This document shows, one piece after another, positions 1-10,018 of a stretch of DNA of 64,000 bases. This stretch comes from Planctomycetota bacterium (GTDB taxonomy: Bacteria; Planctomycetota; JAJSAM01; JAJVHW01), in the NCBI GenBank assembly GCA_965248445.1, contig CBDFJG010000002.1, positions 128,001 to 192,000 on the forward strand. The letters run 5' to 3'. Both the position numbers and the translations under genes were made by a program. Position 1 is the first letter of the stretch. Each line of letters opens with the position of its first letter. The notes under the pieces were generated by a model. The model searched no databases and was not told where the DNA came from. It saw nothing but the letters and a program-made list of their open reading frames with translations.

Positions 1-671
1 ACGTCCTCAGAGAAGCTGAGGTCCGTGGATCCGTCGATCGAGATGCGGTTCGAGTCGTAGAGGTAGATGAGATTCCCGAGACCCAGGTGGCCCGCGAACG
101 AAGCGGCCTCGGCCGCGACGCCCTCCATCAGGTCACCGTCGGAGACCAGCGCGAACGTGCGGTGCGTCGTGACCGGGAACTCCGGCGTGTTGTACCGCTC
201 GGCGAGCATGCGCTGGCCGAGCGCGATGCCGACGCCATTGGCGAACCCTTGGCCGAGCGGTCCGGTCGTGACTTCGACACCCGGCGTGAGGCCGTGTTCG
301 GGATGTCCCGGCGTCTTCGAGCCGAGCTGCCGGAAGTTGCGGATCTCGTGCATCGGCAGGTCGTAACCCGACAGGTGCAGCAGCGCGTAGAGCAGCGCCG
401 AGCCGTGTCCAGCGGACAACACGAAACGATCGCGATCGCGCCAGTCCAGTGCATCGGGATCGAAGCGCAGATACCGCGACCAGAGCGTGAACGCGACGTC
501 CGCCGCCCCCATCGGCAGGCCCGGATGGCCACTGTTGGCTGCATTGACCATGTCCACCGCGAGCATGCGGATGGTGTCCACGCAGAGCTGATCGAGGTCG
601 CGCGATCGAACTCCGAGTTCGCTCGCGGTCTTGGCATCTCTCGTCATGGCGGGGCTCGTGTTCGTCGTCAT
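1..671 (-). CDS. tkt: Transketolase, N-terminal part (runs off the window edge)
   Basis: Manual translation, not in the ORF track: ...[27 protein letters not shown]...[16 protein letters not shown]...TPGHPE...[10 protein letters not shown]...SDGDLMEG...[10 protein letters not shown]. Start ATG 671, alternative 647. Confidence 0.97.
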   Translation of the reverse strand, partial: MTTNTSPAMTRDAKTASELGVRSRDLDQLCVDTIRMLAVDMVNAANSGHPGLPMGAADVAFTLWSRYLRFDPDALDWRDRDRFVLSAGHGSALLYALLHLSGYDLPMHEIRNFRQLGSKTPGHPEHGLTPGVEVTTGPLGQGFANGVGIALGQRMLAERYNTPEFPVTTHRTFALVSDGDLMEGVAAEAASFAGHLGLGNLIYLYDSNRISIDGSTDLSFSED

Positions 672-995
672 GGGCGGGATTGTCGGGCGTTGCACGGACG
701 GCGAGTCTCGACCGCCAGTTCGCACCGCGCGAGGATTAGCCACGGCGGTCTGCAGTGGGCTCGCGCCGCTCCCTCGAGGCCCGCGCTGGAGGGGCCCTGG
801 ACCCGCTCCCCACCACTCCTCGGACGGTGCGGACGCGACGCGCGACGGCCGGCGAGGTCGTCCGCAGCCGCCCGGTTCCGCGACGCGAACCGTCCAGGAA
901 CCGGGACGGTTCGTCGAGGCCGGGGCACCCTGAGTCCCCGAATCGAGACATGGCCGGCGACCCGACGCACGCTGCGGGGCCTCGTTGCGCGGGGT

Positions 996-1754
996 CTACC
1001 GAATGAGCACGCGGAAGCGGCAGACCTCGCGGAAGCCGACGCGTAGGCAGATCGGCGCCGATGTCGTCGAGACCGCGAGGTTCGCCGCGCGGTCCATCCC
1101 GAGCCCGCGCAGATCCCCCACGCGGCGGGACAGCAGCGCCCGGTACGCGCCGCGTCCGCGATGGTCCGGGAGCACGACGGCGCCCGACAGGTACGCAACT
1201 CCGTCGGCGACCCTCATGGCCGCCGTCGCAATGGGCACGCCCGCGCGCGACGCGACGTAGAAGCGCTCGATGCGCGGCGCGGCGGCAAGCTGACGTTCGA
1301 TCCCGCTCTGGAAGCGTGCACGTGCGTCGACGGTCATTCCCCACCCGCGCGCTGTCACGTCCACCCAGGTGTCCGGCGCGGCGACCTCGTCGACGGAGAT
1401 GTCGTCCGGCGCGGGGATCTCAGCCGTGTCCACGTCGAGGACAAGGCCACTCAGTTCGTTGAACGGCACGAACCCGGCAGCAAGGAGCCGCTGCTCGAGA
1501 TCCCGCGGCCGGCTGCGCGGGCCGAGAACCCAGCGGAACGGAACGCGAACGGACTCGTAGTGGGCGCACGTCGCCGCGATACGCGCGCCCGCCTCGCCAT
1601 CACCGACAACCGAGTGGTAGACGCCGTTGCGATAGTGCGTCTTCGCCGCGGGCTCCGTCACCCGCACCCAGTCATCGCGGACGACGAGCGTGCGCTCGGG
1701 CCCGGGCGTGATCGCGAGCACCTGCGCGCTGTGAATGAGATCCAGGTCGTCCAC
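996..1754 (-). CDS. GNAT family N-acetyltransferase
   Basis: C-terminal acetyl-CoA motif A (VLPDHRGRGAYRALL...GF). GTG start at 1754 with TACACT 6 nt upstream; the upstream ORF extension overlaps the real + strand gene. Confidence 0.8.
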   Translation of the reverse strand: MDDLDLIHSAQVLAITPGPERTLVVRDDWVRVTEPAAKTHYRNGVYHSVVGDGEAGARIAATCAHYESVRVPFRWVLGPRSRPRDLEQRLLAAGFVPFNELSGLVLDVDTAEIPAPDDISVDEVAAPDTWVDVTARGWGMTVDARARFQSGIERQLAAAPRIERFYVASRAGVPIATAAMRVADGVAYLSGAVVLPDHRGRGAYRALLSRRVGDLRGLGMDRAANLAVSTTSAPICLRVGFREVCRFRVLIR

Positions 1755-1805
1755 ACTCGGAGTGTAGGGAGAAGAGCCGGGCCACGGGGTCTGTATGCTG
1801 CGTCC

Positions 1806-3026
1806 ATGCGCACACTGCCCGCAGTCCTCACGGCCCTCGTCGCTGCCGCCGCGTTCCTGCCCGTGGAGGTGCACGCGAAGGGCCCCTCCCCCGCGGACCT
1901 CCTCGACAAGGCGCGGGCGCTCGCCGAGGGAGACAACGTCGCCGCGGCGGCCGACGCGTTCGGCAAGGCGGCACGGGCGGCACACGACGGGGCCGACCTG
2001 CTCATCGAGCGCGACGTGTCGAAGGACCTGGGCGAGTTCCTGGGCCGCCAGGAAGGCGACCACGTGGTCCTGCAGGAGGCGGTCCGCTCGGTGATCCTCC
2101 AGCTCGATCCCGAACGCACCGGGTGCTTCGTGTCGGTGCCCGGCCTGGGTCTCGACGCGCTGTACGCCGCGACAAAGAGCGGCGACGTCGCTTCGGTGGT
2201 CGAGACCGCTGCACAGGTCGTCTTGTGGGCCGAGTCGGGACGGAAGGGTCCGTGCATGGCCGCACGTCCGATCGGCCTCTACGCGGCAGCAATTCTGCGC
2301 GCGGCCGATTCGACGGCGACCCCGGCAGACCGGGCCACGACGGGCGACGAGTGGGAAGAAGCGCGCAGCGCAGCCGCGGAGATGGGCTTCACCGAATTGC
2401 TGGTGAACATCACCACCGAGTTCGCCGTGGCGGCCCACGCCGCCGGTGACGGAGAGGGCGCCGTGGCCGCGCTCAAGAGTTCGCTCGCCGCGATCCCAGA
2501 ATCCGAGAAGAAGGACACGATGCTCGTCCCGTCATGGGGCTCGCTCCTTCGCTCGCGCATCGGCGAGGGCGCCGAGGCCTACACCGGAGCGATCGGCCTG
2601 GGCGGCCCGCGGACTGCGCGCTCCAAGGGCGGCGCAGGCGGCGCGGGCGGCGCGGGCGGCGCAGGTGCCGACGGATCGAGCGGTCCGCCGAAGTCTCCGA
2701 TCGGCAAGCGCTGGGACAAGCTCAAGGGCACCTCCCCCATCATGACTGTCGAGCGCGTAGGCGACGGGTTCGTGGTGAAGGCGCACTTCGCGAAGAAGCT
2801 CGACGTCGAGGAGGAGTACGACGGCAGGTTCCGGGTAAAGAGCGTCGGCGGCGTGCACATGGCGTACTGCGCACGGAGCGTCGGGCTGTGGAAGATCGAC
2901 CTCAAGGGCCGGGACGGAACCGACGGCGGAAGCCCCAAGCGGCCGAAGTTCCGCGCGCTGCACCTTCTCGCGGACGGCGAGCGCGTCACGTTCTCGAAGA
3001 AGAAGGGTGCGACCTTCTCCCGTTAG
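1806..3026 (+). CDS. Secreted hypothetical protein with a helical N-domain and Gly-rich linker
   Basis: Signal peptide MRTLPAVLTALVAAAAFLPVEVHA; GGAGGAGGAGGAG linker; GC3-rich codons. Confidence 0.7.
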   Translation: MRTLPAVLTALVAAAAFLPVEVHAKGPSPADLLDKARALAEGDNVAAAADAFGKAARAAHDGADLLIERDVSKDLGEFLGRQEGDHVVLQEAVRSVILQLDPERTGCFVSVPGLGLDALYAATKSGDVASVVETAAQVVLWAESGRKGPCMAARPIGLYAAAILRAADSTATPADRATTGDEWEEARSAAAEMGFTELLVNITTEFAVAAHAAGDGEGAVAALKSSLAAIPESEKKDTMLVPSWGSLLRSRIGEGAEAYTGAIGLGGPRTARSKGGAGGAGGAGGAGADGSSGPPKSPIGKRWDKLKGTSPIMTVERVGDGFVVKAHFAKKLDVEEEYDGRFRVKSVGGVHMAYCARSVGLWKIDLKGRDGTDGGSPKRPKFRALHLLADGERVTFSKKKGATFSR

Positions 3027-4591
3027 GCCAGCAGGGCGTCGAGCCGTTCCAGATCGCGGATGCGCAGGCGCACGACCTCGCGGCCGCGTGCGAGGAGCGC
3101 GCGCACGTCGCCCTCGGCCTGGGCCGCGAACAACTGTCCGAAGGTGAGGTCCTTGCCCGGGATCGGCGGGTCGTCATCGGTGTACGTCGCCATCGGACCC
3201 TCCAGAACGACGAACACACCGTTCGCCGGGCCGCCCTTGTGCAACTGCCCGGTCGAGTGCAGGTAGCGCGGACCGGTTCCGATCGTGACCGCTGCTCCAG
3301 TGAGCGCACGAATGCGCTCCGAGAGCGCTTCGACGTGGTGCTCCCCGCCCGGCGGCATGTAGTCCAGGATGGCGACGTAGCCGTTGTCGGTGACCGCGTC
3401 GATCGCCGGGGCTAGATCGTCCAGCCGGGAGAACGGCGCGCGCTCGCCCTCGCCCGCCAGCACGGCGAGCGTCGCGGCTTTGGACGATGCCACGTCCGGC
3501 TGGTCGAACGGCTCGACGCCGATGATCACGGAGGCCAGTGCCGTGGCCGCTTCAAGCGCGAGCATCACTCCACCGAGTTCCGAACGATCCGCCAGCGCCA
3601 CGGCCAGCGCCGGCACGGTCTTGTCGACATCCGGTGCGTTCTCGCCGGTCAGCTCGACGCGCAACGCGACGCGATCGGCCAGGGCACCGGTCGCGCCGTC
3701 CACCGTGAGCGGGAGGATCCCCGCCGGGCCGTACGTCCCGTGCTTGCCCGTGCTCTCCGCAATCAACTGCTCCGCCCACACGCCGAGTGACGTCACCGCC
3801 GGTGACGTATAGAGAACAAGCTTGTCGCGACCGGCACGTGCAGCCGCCCCGAGCAGTGCTCCGAGCGCGGCCGGTCCTGACTCGACTCCGTTCGCGCGCA
3901 GCGCGGCAACCTGCTCCGCCGCGCTGGCAAGGAGCCCCTCCACCGGCGCCCCCATGAGCGCCGCCGGGACCAGGCCGAACGGCGAGAGCGCCGAGAACCG
4001 TCCACCGACGTCGGACGGGCTGAGGAACACCCCCCGCCAGCGCTCTGCGGTCGCGATCCTCTCGAGCTCACTGCCGGCATCCGTGATCGCCACGAGATGG
4101 CGGCTGACACCGAGTCGCGCGCTCCTGAGTCGACTGGTGAAGTGACGGCGCAGCGCATCGGTCTCGATGGTCGTGCCGCTCTTGGACGACACGATGAACA
4201 GCGTCTGCCGCAGGTCGAGTTCCTGTTCGAGTGTCCGGATCGCGAACGGATCGGTCGTGTCGAGCACGGTCACGTGCGGCCGGCCCGTCGCGTGGCCGAA
4301 GACCTCGGAGAACACCTCCGGCGCGAGTCCGGAGCCACCCATCCCGCACACGATGACGTCGCGGAACCCATCGGTGGCCACGACGTCGGCGAACGCCGTC
4401 ATGTCCGGGAGCCGCGCGGGCATCGTGGAAGGCAGGTCCAGCCACCCGAGCCGCTGCGAACACAGCGCCGCGACCGTGGCGTCGTCGGACCACAGCGATC
4501 CGTCCTTCGCCAGCATCCTCGCGACGGCATCGTTCTCGCGGAGGAGCTCCGCCCCCGCTGCGAGGAGCGATTCCGTGGTGTCGTCGCTCAC
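3023..4591 (-). CDS. pgi: Glucose-6-phosphate isomerase (Tal/Pgi-associated type)
   Basis: Motifs GMGGSGL, SSKSGTTIET, DVGGRFSALS, EQLIAESTGK, PFDQPDV, YLHSTGQLHKGGP; 4-nt overlap with tal. Confidence 0.92.
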   Translation of the reverse strand: MSDDTTESLLAAGAELLRENDAVARMLAKDGSLWSDDATVAALCSQRLGWLDLPSTMPARLPDMTAFADVVATDGFRDVIVCGMGGSGLAPEVFSEVFGHATGRPHVTVLDTTDPFAIRTLEQELDLRQTLFIVSSKSGTTIETDALRRHFTSRLRSARLGVSRHLVAITDAGSELERIATAERWRGVFLSPSDVGGRFSALSPFGLVPAALMGAPVEGLLASAAEQVAALRANGVESGPAALGALLGAAARAGRDKLVLYTSPAVTSLGVWAEQLIAESTGKHGTYGPAGILPLTVDGATGALADRVALRVELTGENAPDVDKTVPALAVALADRSELGGVMLALEAATALASVIIGVEPFDQPDVASSKAATLAVLAGEGERAPFSRLDDLAPAIDAVTDNGYVAILDYMPPGGEHHVEALSERIRALTGAAVTIGTGPRYLHSTGQLHKGGPANGVFVVLEGPMATYTDDDPPIPGKDLTFGQLFAAQAEGDVRALLARGREVVRLRIRDLERLDALLA

Positions 4592-5697
4592 GCTGTCGCG
4601 GTCGCCTCGCGCCGGCGTGCGTCCACAGCCTCGAGCAGTTCGTCGAACGCATCGGCGAAGCTCTTGACGCCGGCCGCCAGGAGCGTGGCGCAGACCGATT
4701 CGACGCTGATGCCGAGCGCCTCGACCGCAGCCAGCTGCTCGCGGGCCGCCGCGACACCCGTACGGACGGTCAGCGCGACCGCGCCGTGGTCGTTGAATGC
4801 CGCCAGCGTCTTCGGGGGAATGGTGTTGACGGTGTGCGGACCGATCAGCGTGTCCACGTACAGCGTGTCGGGATACGCGGGGTCCTTCGTGCTCGTGCTC
4901 GCCCAGAGCGGCCGCTGCACCGCCGCACCCTGCTCACGAAGAGCCGCGAAGCGGGCGGAGTCGAACTCGCTCTCGAAGAGCGCGTACGCGAGCTTCGCGT
5001 TCGCGATGGCGGCCTTGCCGCGAAGCGCCTGCGCGGCGTCACCCTTCGCGGTGAGCGCCTTGTCGATGGCGCCGTCGACGCGCGAGACGAAGAACGATGC
5101 GACGGAGTGGATGCCGCCGATCGCATCCCCGCGCCCGGCGCGCTCTTCCAGTCCCGTCATGTACGCGTCGATGACGTCGGCGTATGCCGAGCGCGCGAAG
5201 ATCAGCGTGACGTTGACGTTGATGGCCTCGCTGATCAGGGTCCGGATGGCCGGCATGCCCTCCGGCGTCGCCGGCACCTTGATCATCAGATTGGGCCGGT
5301 CCACCGTGCTCCACAGGCGGCGCGCCTCGGCGATGGTCGCCGCGGTGTCGTGCGCGAGGGCCGGCGAGACCTCGAGCGACACGAAGCCGTCGGCGCCCTG
5401 CGCCTCGTCCCATACCGGACGCAGGATCCCGCACGCCGTTCGGATGTCCTCGATGGCGAGCGTCTCGTAGATCTCGACGGCGCTCTTGCCCTCGGCCGCC
5501 AGAGAGTCGAATTCCCCGGCATAGAGCGGTGAGGTCGTCATGGCGGCCTTGAAGATCGAGGGGTTCGACGTGACGCCGCGCACGCCCTCCTCCGCGACCA
5601 TCCGGGCCAGCTCACCCGACGCGAACAGATCGCGGCTCAGGTTGTCGTACCAGATGCTCTGACCGAGTTCGGCCACACGAACGGCAGGCAGCACCAT
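4588..5697 (-). CDS. tal: Transaldolase (type 2)
   Basis: GQSIWYDNLSR, GVTSNPSIF, VSLEVSP, NLMIKVPAT (Schiff-base Lys), SVASFFVSRVD, QRPLWASTSTK; RBS GAGGAGG before ATG 5697. Confidence 0.96.
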   Translation of the reverse strand: MVLPAVRVAELGQSIWYDNLSRDLFASGELARMVAEEGVRGVTSNPSIFKAAMTTSPLYAGEFDSLAAEGKSAVEIYETLAIEDIRTACGILRPVWDEAQGADGFVSLEVSPALAHDTAATIAEARRLWSTVDRPNLMIKVPATPEGMPAIRTLISEAINVNVTLIFARSAYADVIDAYMTGLEERAGRGDAIGGIHSVASFFVSRVDGAIDKALTAKGDAAQALRGKAAIANAKLAYALFESEFDSARFAALREQGAAVQRPLWASTSTKDPAYPDTLYVDTLIGPHTVNTIPPKTLAAFNDHGAVALTVRTGVAAAREQLAAVEALGISVESVCATLLAAGVKSFADAFDELLEAVDARRREATATA

Positions 5698-5828
5698 CTC
5701 GTCCTCCTCTGCGTGCTGATGGGGAGCCGAGATCCTACCCCGCCGGACCCCGCACCCGACTGAGGGACGGAGCGCGGAGGCTCGAAAAAGCAGCCGCACG
5801 ATCGGCGCCGCCCGGACCATCTCCCCGC

Positions 5829-7043
5829 ATGTGGGACTTCGTGTTCCTGTGCGTGCTCTTGCTGGTCCTGCTCGTCGTCGTGACGCGGAGGGGGGCCGAG
5901 CGCGTCGCCGGGCTGTTCGTGCCCACGCTGTTCATGGTCGCGGGGTTCACCGGAGGCGTTGTGCTCGAGGCGATGCCGTTCTCCCAGATCCGGAGCGGGT
6001 TCTCCGCGCGCACGCTGATCGCCGGGCTGATCGGGCTGTTCGGGATGCGCCTCGTCGCGCGGGGGGTCCGCGGCTGGGGACGCGGCTACCGGAGCGAGGA
6101 TCGCGGCGACACGATGGAGAGAGCGCGACTCGTGCATCCGCTGATCGCGCTCGGGCTGCTGTTCTCTGGAGCGTTCGTCCTGCACGAGGCGGCGGCGGCG
6201 AGGCATCTCGCTCTCGAGGTCGAGGGAGCGCTGCGCGACTCCGACACGGGCGTGCTGCGGGGCGCCGACGAACGCTGGACACCGGCACCGGACGGTGGCA
6301 GACAAGCCGTACTCCTCGTGCACGGCGTCCTCGGTTCGCGAGCGGACTTCGGTTCCCTCCCCCACGAACTGCGTCGGCGCGGATTCGGTGTGCGAGAGAT
6401 GCGCCTCCCCGGCCACGGCACCACGCCCCGGGAGCTCGCAGAGACGACGTCCCGCGAGTGGCGGAGCGCCGTGATGGCTGCGTACGACGAACTCGCGGCG
6501 GATCACGATCACGTGTCCATCGTCGGTTTCTCGCTGGGCGGGATGCTCGCGACCATGACGGCGAGCGACCGGCCGGTGCACCGGCTCGTGCTGGTGAATC
6601 CCTACGCGGGCGTGACGGCCACGCCGTCGTGGAGCCCGGTCGCAACCGACACCATGATCGACTTCATGTCGCCGCTCTCGAGCTACGTGATGCGCGCACG
6701 CCACTTCATGAAGGTGAACAAGAGAGACGGCGCCGATCGGCTCATCGCGTACCGCACCGTGCCCCTCTCCGTGTCCAACGAACTACGCGGGCTCAAGTTC
6801 GAGTTCGACGACGAGGCAGCGCTGTCGCGCATCAAGTCACCGACGCTGCTGTTGCTCTCGGAGAACGACAACACGGCTCCGTCATCGGCAGGCCGTGAGC
6901 TCTACGGCGTACTCGAGATGTCGCTGCCGGCCGCCGCGTTCTCGATGCACACGTACACCGAGAGCGACCACTTCATGTTCCTCGACTTCGACGAGGAGGA
7001 CGCGGTCCGCCGGACTGCGGACTGGATCACGTCCTCCGAGTGA
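5829..7043 (+). CDS. Membrane-anchored alpha/beta hydrolase (carboxylesterase/lipase-like)
   Basis: Several N-terminal hydrophobic helices, then VLLVHG, LPGHG, GFSLGG nucleophile elbow, and Asp (END) and His (SDH) candidates. Confidence 0.85.
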   Translation: MWDFVFLCVLLLVLLVVVTRRGAERVAGLFVPTLFMVAGFTGGVVLEAMPFSQIRSGFSARTLIAGLIGLFGMRLVARGVRGWGRGYRSEDRGDTMERARLVHPLIALGLLFSGAFVLHEAAAARHLALEVEGALRDSDTGVLRGADERWTPAPDGGRQAVLLVHGVLGSRADFGSLPHELRRRGFGVREMRLPGHGTTPRELAETTSREWRSAVMAAYDELAADHDHVSIVGFSLGGMLATMTASDRPVHRLVLVNPYAGVTATPSWSPVATDTMIDFMSPLSSYVMRARHFMKVNKRDGADRLIAYRTVPLSVSNELRGLKFEFDDEAALSRIKSPTLLLLSENDNTAPSSAGRELYGVLEMSLPAAAFSMHTYTESDHFMFLDFDEEDAVRRTADWITSSE

Positions 7044-7058
7044 GCGTGTCGGGCGGTG

Positions 7059-9281
7059 TCAGTCTTCGACCGTCAGCGGCTCTGTCAGGTAGACCCATGG
7101 TCCGTGGATCCGCTGCGCGTCGAACGGCCGGCCGCGCAGGATCACGCGAGCGCCCGCGACGACACCATCGCCGACGCTGTCCCAGGCGAACGTGTAGGCC
7201 AGCCCGGCCGGGGAACTCGGCACACCGTCGTCCGGATCCCCGAGGCCGGCCGCGCGCGAGCACGGCAGCCAGTCGAGGTCTGCGAGTTGCGCCGCAGTCA
7301 GTGTCGCGGGATCGTCGTCCGAGCCGAGTAGGTGGAAGTCGAACGCGACGGCGACTGGCGCGGTATCGAGGAGACCGTCTCCGTTCCGGTCCTCGAGCTC
7401 CTGGACGTCGAGCACTCCGTTGCCGTTGGCATCCTCGGAGTCCGCGTCGAACGCGGTCCAGTCGATGAGCGTTGGGGCGCCGGGACGCGCTCCGTCCAGG
7501 GTGAGCGCCGGGCGGCTGGAGTTGATCAGGGCGAAGGGCGCCGTGAGGCTCCAAGCGCTCGCTCGACGGCCGCGGACCGTGCGTAGCCGGATCACGGCGC
7601 CGCCGCGGCCCGGCTGGATGAGGGGGCTGCCCGGATTGTCCGGATCCTCGATCTCGCGGCCCTGAGGGGTGTACGCGATGCGCGCCAGGGGAAAGACGGA
7701 TGGACCCAGGACGGCCGTGGTGGACCGCCAGACGGTCGCGTTCGACCGCCCGGAGCCGGGCGCCGTGACGAACTGGTGTCTGGCTCGGCCGCGCCGGGTT
7801 CTCGACTTGCGTGTAGCGCCGGTCTGTCGGCCATCACGTTCATCGATCGTGGCCGGGCTGAACTCCTCCTCCTCGATCGCGCCGTCCAGGTCGTGGTCAG
7901 CGCCCCATTGCACCTCGATGAACGCGGGCGGCCGCCCCCGCCGCTGCACGAGCGTGAACGGGATGACGACGTTCTGGCCCGCGCCCTCCGCGCCCTGGAG
8001 GCCCAGCTGAGTGACGACCCGAGTGACTCTCCCGAGCGAAGGACGGCGGCGCTGCACGCGCTTCTCCGACACGAGCGGGGGCGTCCCAGGGCGTTCCGCC
8101 GCAACCGTCGTGAACACCGCGAACACGCGCGGGTCGAGCTCCCACGGCCGGGTGTCGCCGATCTCGAGCAAGTTCCGCTTGAGGACGCCGCCACGATCCG
8201 CGTCGGAGACCGGCGGCCAGTCGAAGATCAGGTCGACCGGCGGATGGGCGAGGAACTCGACTGGCACGCCGGGGTTGGCCCGGCGGGCGTCCACCAGAAA
8301 CTCGTACGCCCTGGTGAGACGCGCCCGCTCGGGGTCATCGGACACGTGGTAGTTGCCCGTGAGGTCTGTGACGCTCTCGTCGACGCGAAGCGCGTACGTA
8401 CTGCGCTCCGAGAGAGGCTCAGCCGGGCGGAACACCAGGTACATCCGGTTGCGGTCTTGCTCCAGCAGTGCGTCGCCCACGACGGGCGTCGGGCCAGAGC
8501 CGTCCGGAGTTTCCACGCGGATCAGTTGCACTGCGCCCGGGGCACGGATCGTCGTTGGGTCGAGCGGTATCCCGGTGCCGAAGAGCGTGACGTGGATGTC
8601 TGTCGGCACCGACGGCGTCCCGCCCACCACGGCGTACGACCTCCGTGCCTCCACGACGCGGTCCGTGGGATTGGCGAAGAGCATGCGGAGCGGCGGTGTG
8701 TCGGCGTACGTCTCCAAGAGGAAGGGCGGGTCTCCGGGGGACGCTCCGTCTGCCGTGCGGAATTCGGTCGTCACGGTGCGCCGCAACTTGGCGCCCGAGG
8801 CGCTTGTCGCGGCGGGCTTCTCGGGCCGCCCCGCGATGCGCACGACGTAGTCCGTCCCGATTCGAAAGCTCCCGTTCTCGAACGCGTCGTCCTGCGGCGA
8901 GCCGGCCGGGAAGAACTCACCGGCCGGACCGCCGGCGCGCGCCTGGGTCGGGAGTCTCGGGATGAACTGAACCCGGTTGCCTCGTCGTCGCAGTTCACCG
9001 GGCCGCGGATCGCCCGTGGCGCCCGTGGTCCGGTCGAGCGGGAGGACGCTGATAGCGCCGTTGGTCAGACTGCGTCGCGACACGCGCCTGTCGAATCGGA
9101 TCTGGATCACCTGATTGAGCGCCACCTGGGTCAGGCCGTCCACGCTGACCGACACCACGCGGAGCGGCTTGCCGGGCCCGGCGCGGCGCGCGTGGGCCGT
9201 GTCCATCGTGCTCGCACCGACAGCGAGAACGAGGCAAGCGCCCGCCGCCGCGCCGACGACGGTCCGGGGTCCGAGGTCCAT
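7059..9281 (-). CDS. Secreted Ig-like (Big_5/SbsA-type) domain protein with Ca-binding-like loops
   Basis: Signal peptide; Ig-like patterns (IQIRFDRRV..., LVFRPAEPL...YALRV...VTDLTGN); DANGNGVLD and DRNGDGLLD loops. Confidence 0.65.
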   Translation of the reverse strand: MDLGPRTVVGAAAGACLVLAVGASTMDTAHARRAGPGKPLRVVSVSVDGLTQVALNQVIQIRFDRRVSRRSLTNGAISVLPLDRTTGATGDPRPGELRRRGNRVQFIPRLPTQARAGGPAGEFFPAGSPQDDAFENGSFRIGTDYVVRIAGRPEKPAATSASGAKLRRTVTTEFRTADGASPGDPPFLLETYADTPPLRMLFANPTDRVVEARRSYAVVGGTPSVPTDIHVTLFGTGIPLDPTTIRAPGAVQLIRVETPDGSGPTPVVGDALLEQDRNRMYLVFRPAEPLSERSTYALRVDESVTDLTGNYHVSDDPERARLTRAYEFLVDARRANPGVPVEFLAHPPVDLIFDWPPVSDADRGGVLKRNLLEIGDTRPWELDPRVFAVFTTVAAERPGTPPLVSEKRVQRRRPSLGRVTRVVTQLGLQGAEGAGQNVVIPFTLVQRRGRPPAFIEVQWGADHDLDGAIEEEEFSPATIDERDGRQTGATRKSRTRRGRARHQFVTAPGSGRSNATVWRSTTAVLGPSVFPLARIAYTPQGREIEDPDNPGSPLIQPGRGGAVIRLRTVRGRRASAWSLTAPFALINSSRPALTLDGARPGAPTLIDWTAFDADSEDANGNGVLDVQELEDRNGDGLLDTAPVAVAFDFHLLGSDDDPATLTAAQLADLDWLPCSRAAGLGDPDDGVPSSPAGLAYTFAWDSVGDGVVAGARVILRGRPFDAQRIHGPWVYLTEPLTVED

Positions 9282-9477
9282 CTCCAGCTCCCGCGCGGCC
9301 CGACATGCCGCCCCGACCCAGGTACGAGCACCGCGTCCACGCCGACTTTACCACGCTGTGAGATGTCGGGAGCGACCGAGCAGTGCTCTAGGCACAGTCT
9401 CCAGCTCACCCGTGAGTGAGCTGCGTGGAACGCCGTGATCGCGAAGGGACTGTCCGTGCGCCGCACGGCCGAGTGGA

Positions 9478-9957
9478 TCACGTCGTCCGAGTGAGCTTGT
9501 CCGGCGGGTCGAGCGCGTAGGAGAACACCTGACGCTCGGCGCCGGGCGCGGTGAGTTCGCGGATGAGCACCGGCACGTCCGGCACGAACGAGAGTTCCGC
9601 GTTGCCGAGGTCGTCGTCGGTGCACCACACGTGCTCGCCCTCGTCCGTCGTAGTCAGGTTTCCCGCCGGCAGCGTGCCGACGTGCACGAACAGCGCCACC
9701 GGCGGATCGCCCGTCACCTGAACCGTCGCTGCGAGGCGAAGCGTGAGCGGCCGGAGCCCGCACTCCTCCTCGGCCTCGCGATAGGCCGCCGCGAGCACGT
9801 CCTCGCCGGGCTCGATATGCCCGCCCAGACCATCGAGCTTGCCGGCGAACCACTTCTGAGGCGCGCCGCGCAGGAGCAGCCAGCGGCCGTCACGCTGGAG
9901 GAAGAGCAGAACGCGGGGCGACACGAGGTGCACGGTGCGAGTGTCGCCGCTCCCCAC
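9478..9957 (-). CDS. NUDIX hydrolase
   Basis: Nudix box GGHIEPGEDVLAAAYREAEEECGL; start uncertain (GTG 9957 or 9933). Confidence 0.88.
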   Translation of the reverse strand: MGSGDTRTVHLVSPRVLLFLQRDGRWLLLRGAPQKWFAGKLDGLGGHIEPGEDVLAAAYREAEEECGLRPLTLRLAATVQVTGDPPVALFVHVGTLPAGNLTTTDEGEHVWCTDDDLGNAELSFVPDVPVLIRELTAPGAERQVFSYALDPPDKLTRTT

Positions 9958-10018
9958 GTCGACTCTGAGTGCTGAAATCTGCGCGCTCCTCGGACGAGGG
10001 GACCAAACTGGGCGCGCC

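Noticed and set aside
672..995. 6S RNA or SRP RNA in the tkt-GNAT gap
   Set aside because: No SRP helix-8 motif and no convincing 6S end-to-end pairing; kept only as an unassigned structured region.
2628..2667. GGCGGCGC(A/G) tandem repeat
   Set aside because: Simply encodes a (GGA)n protein linker; not a CRISPR or contingency repeat.
9402..9423. Hairpin CAGCTCAC/GTGAGCTG as a terminator
   Set aside because: Only an 8-bp stem with no U-tract; could arise by chance.
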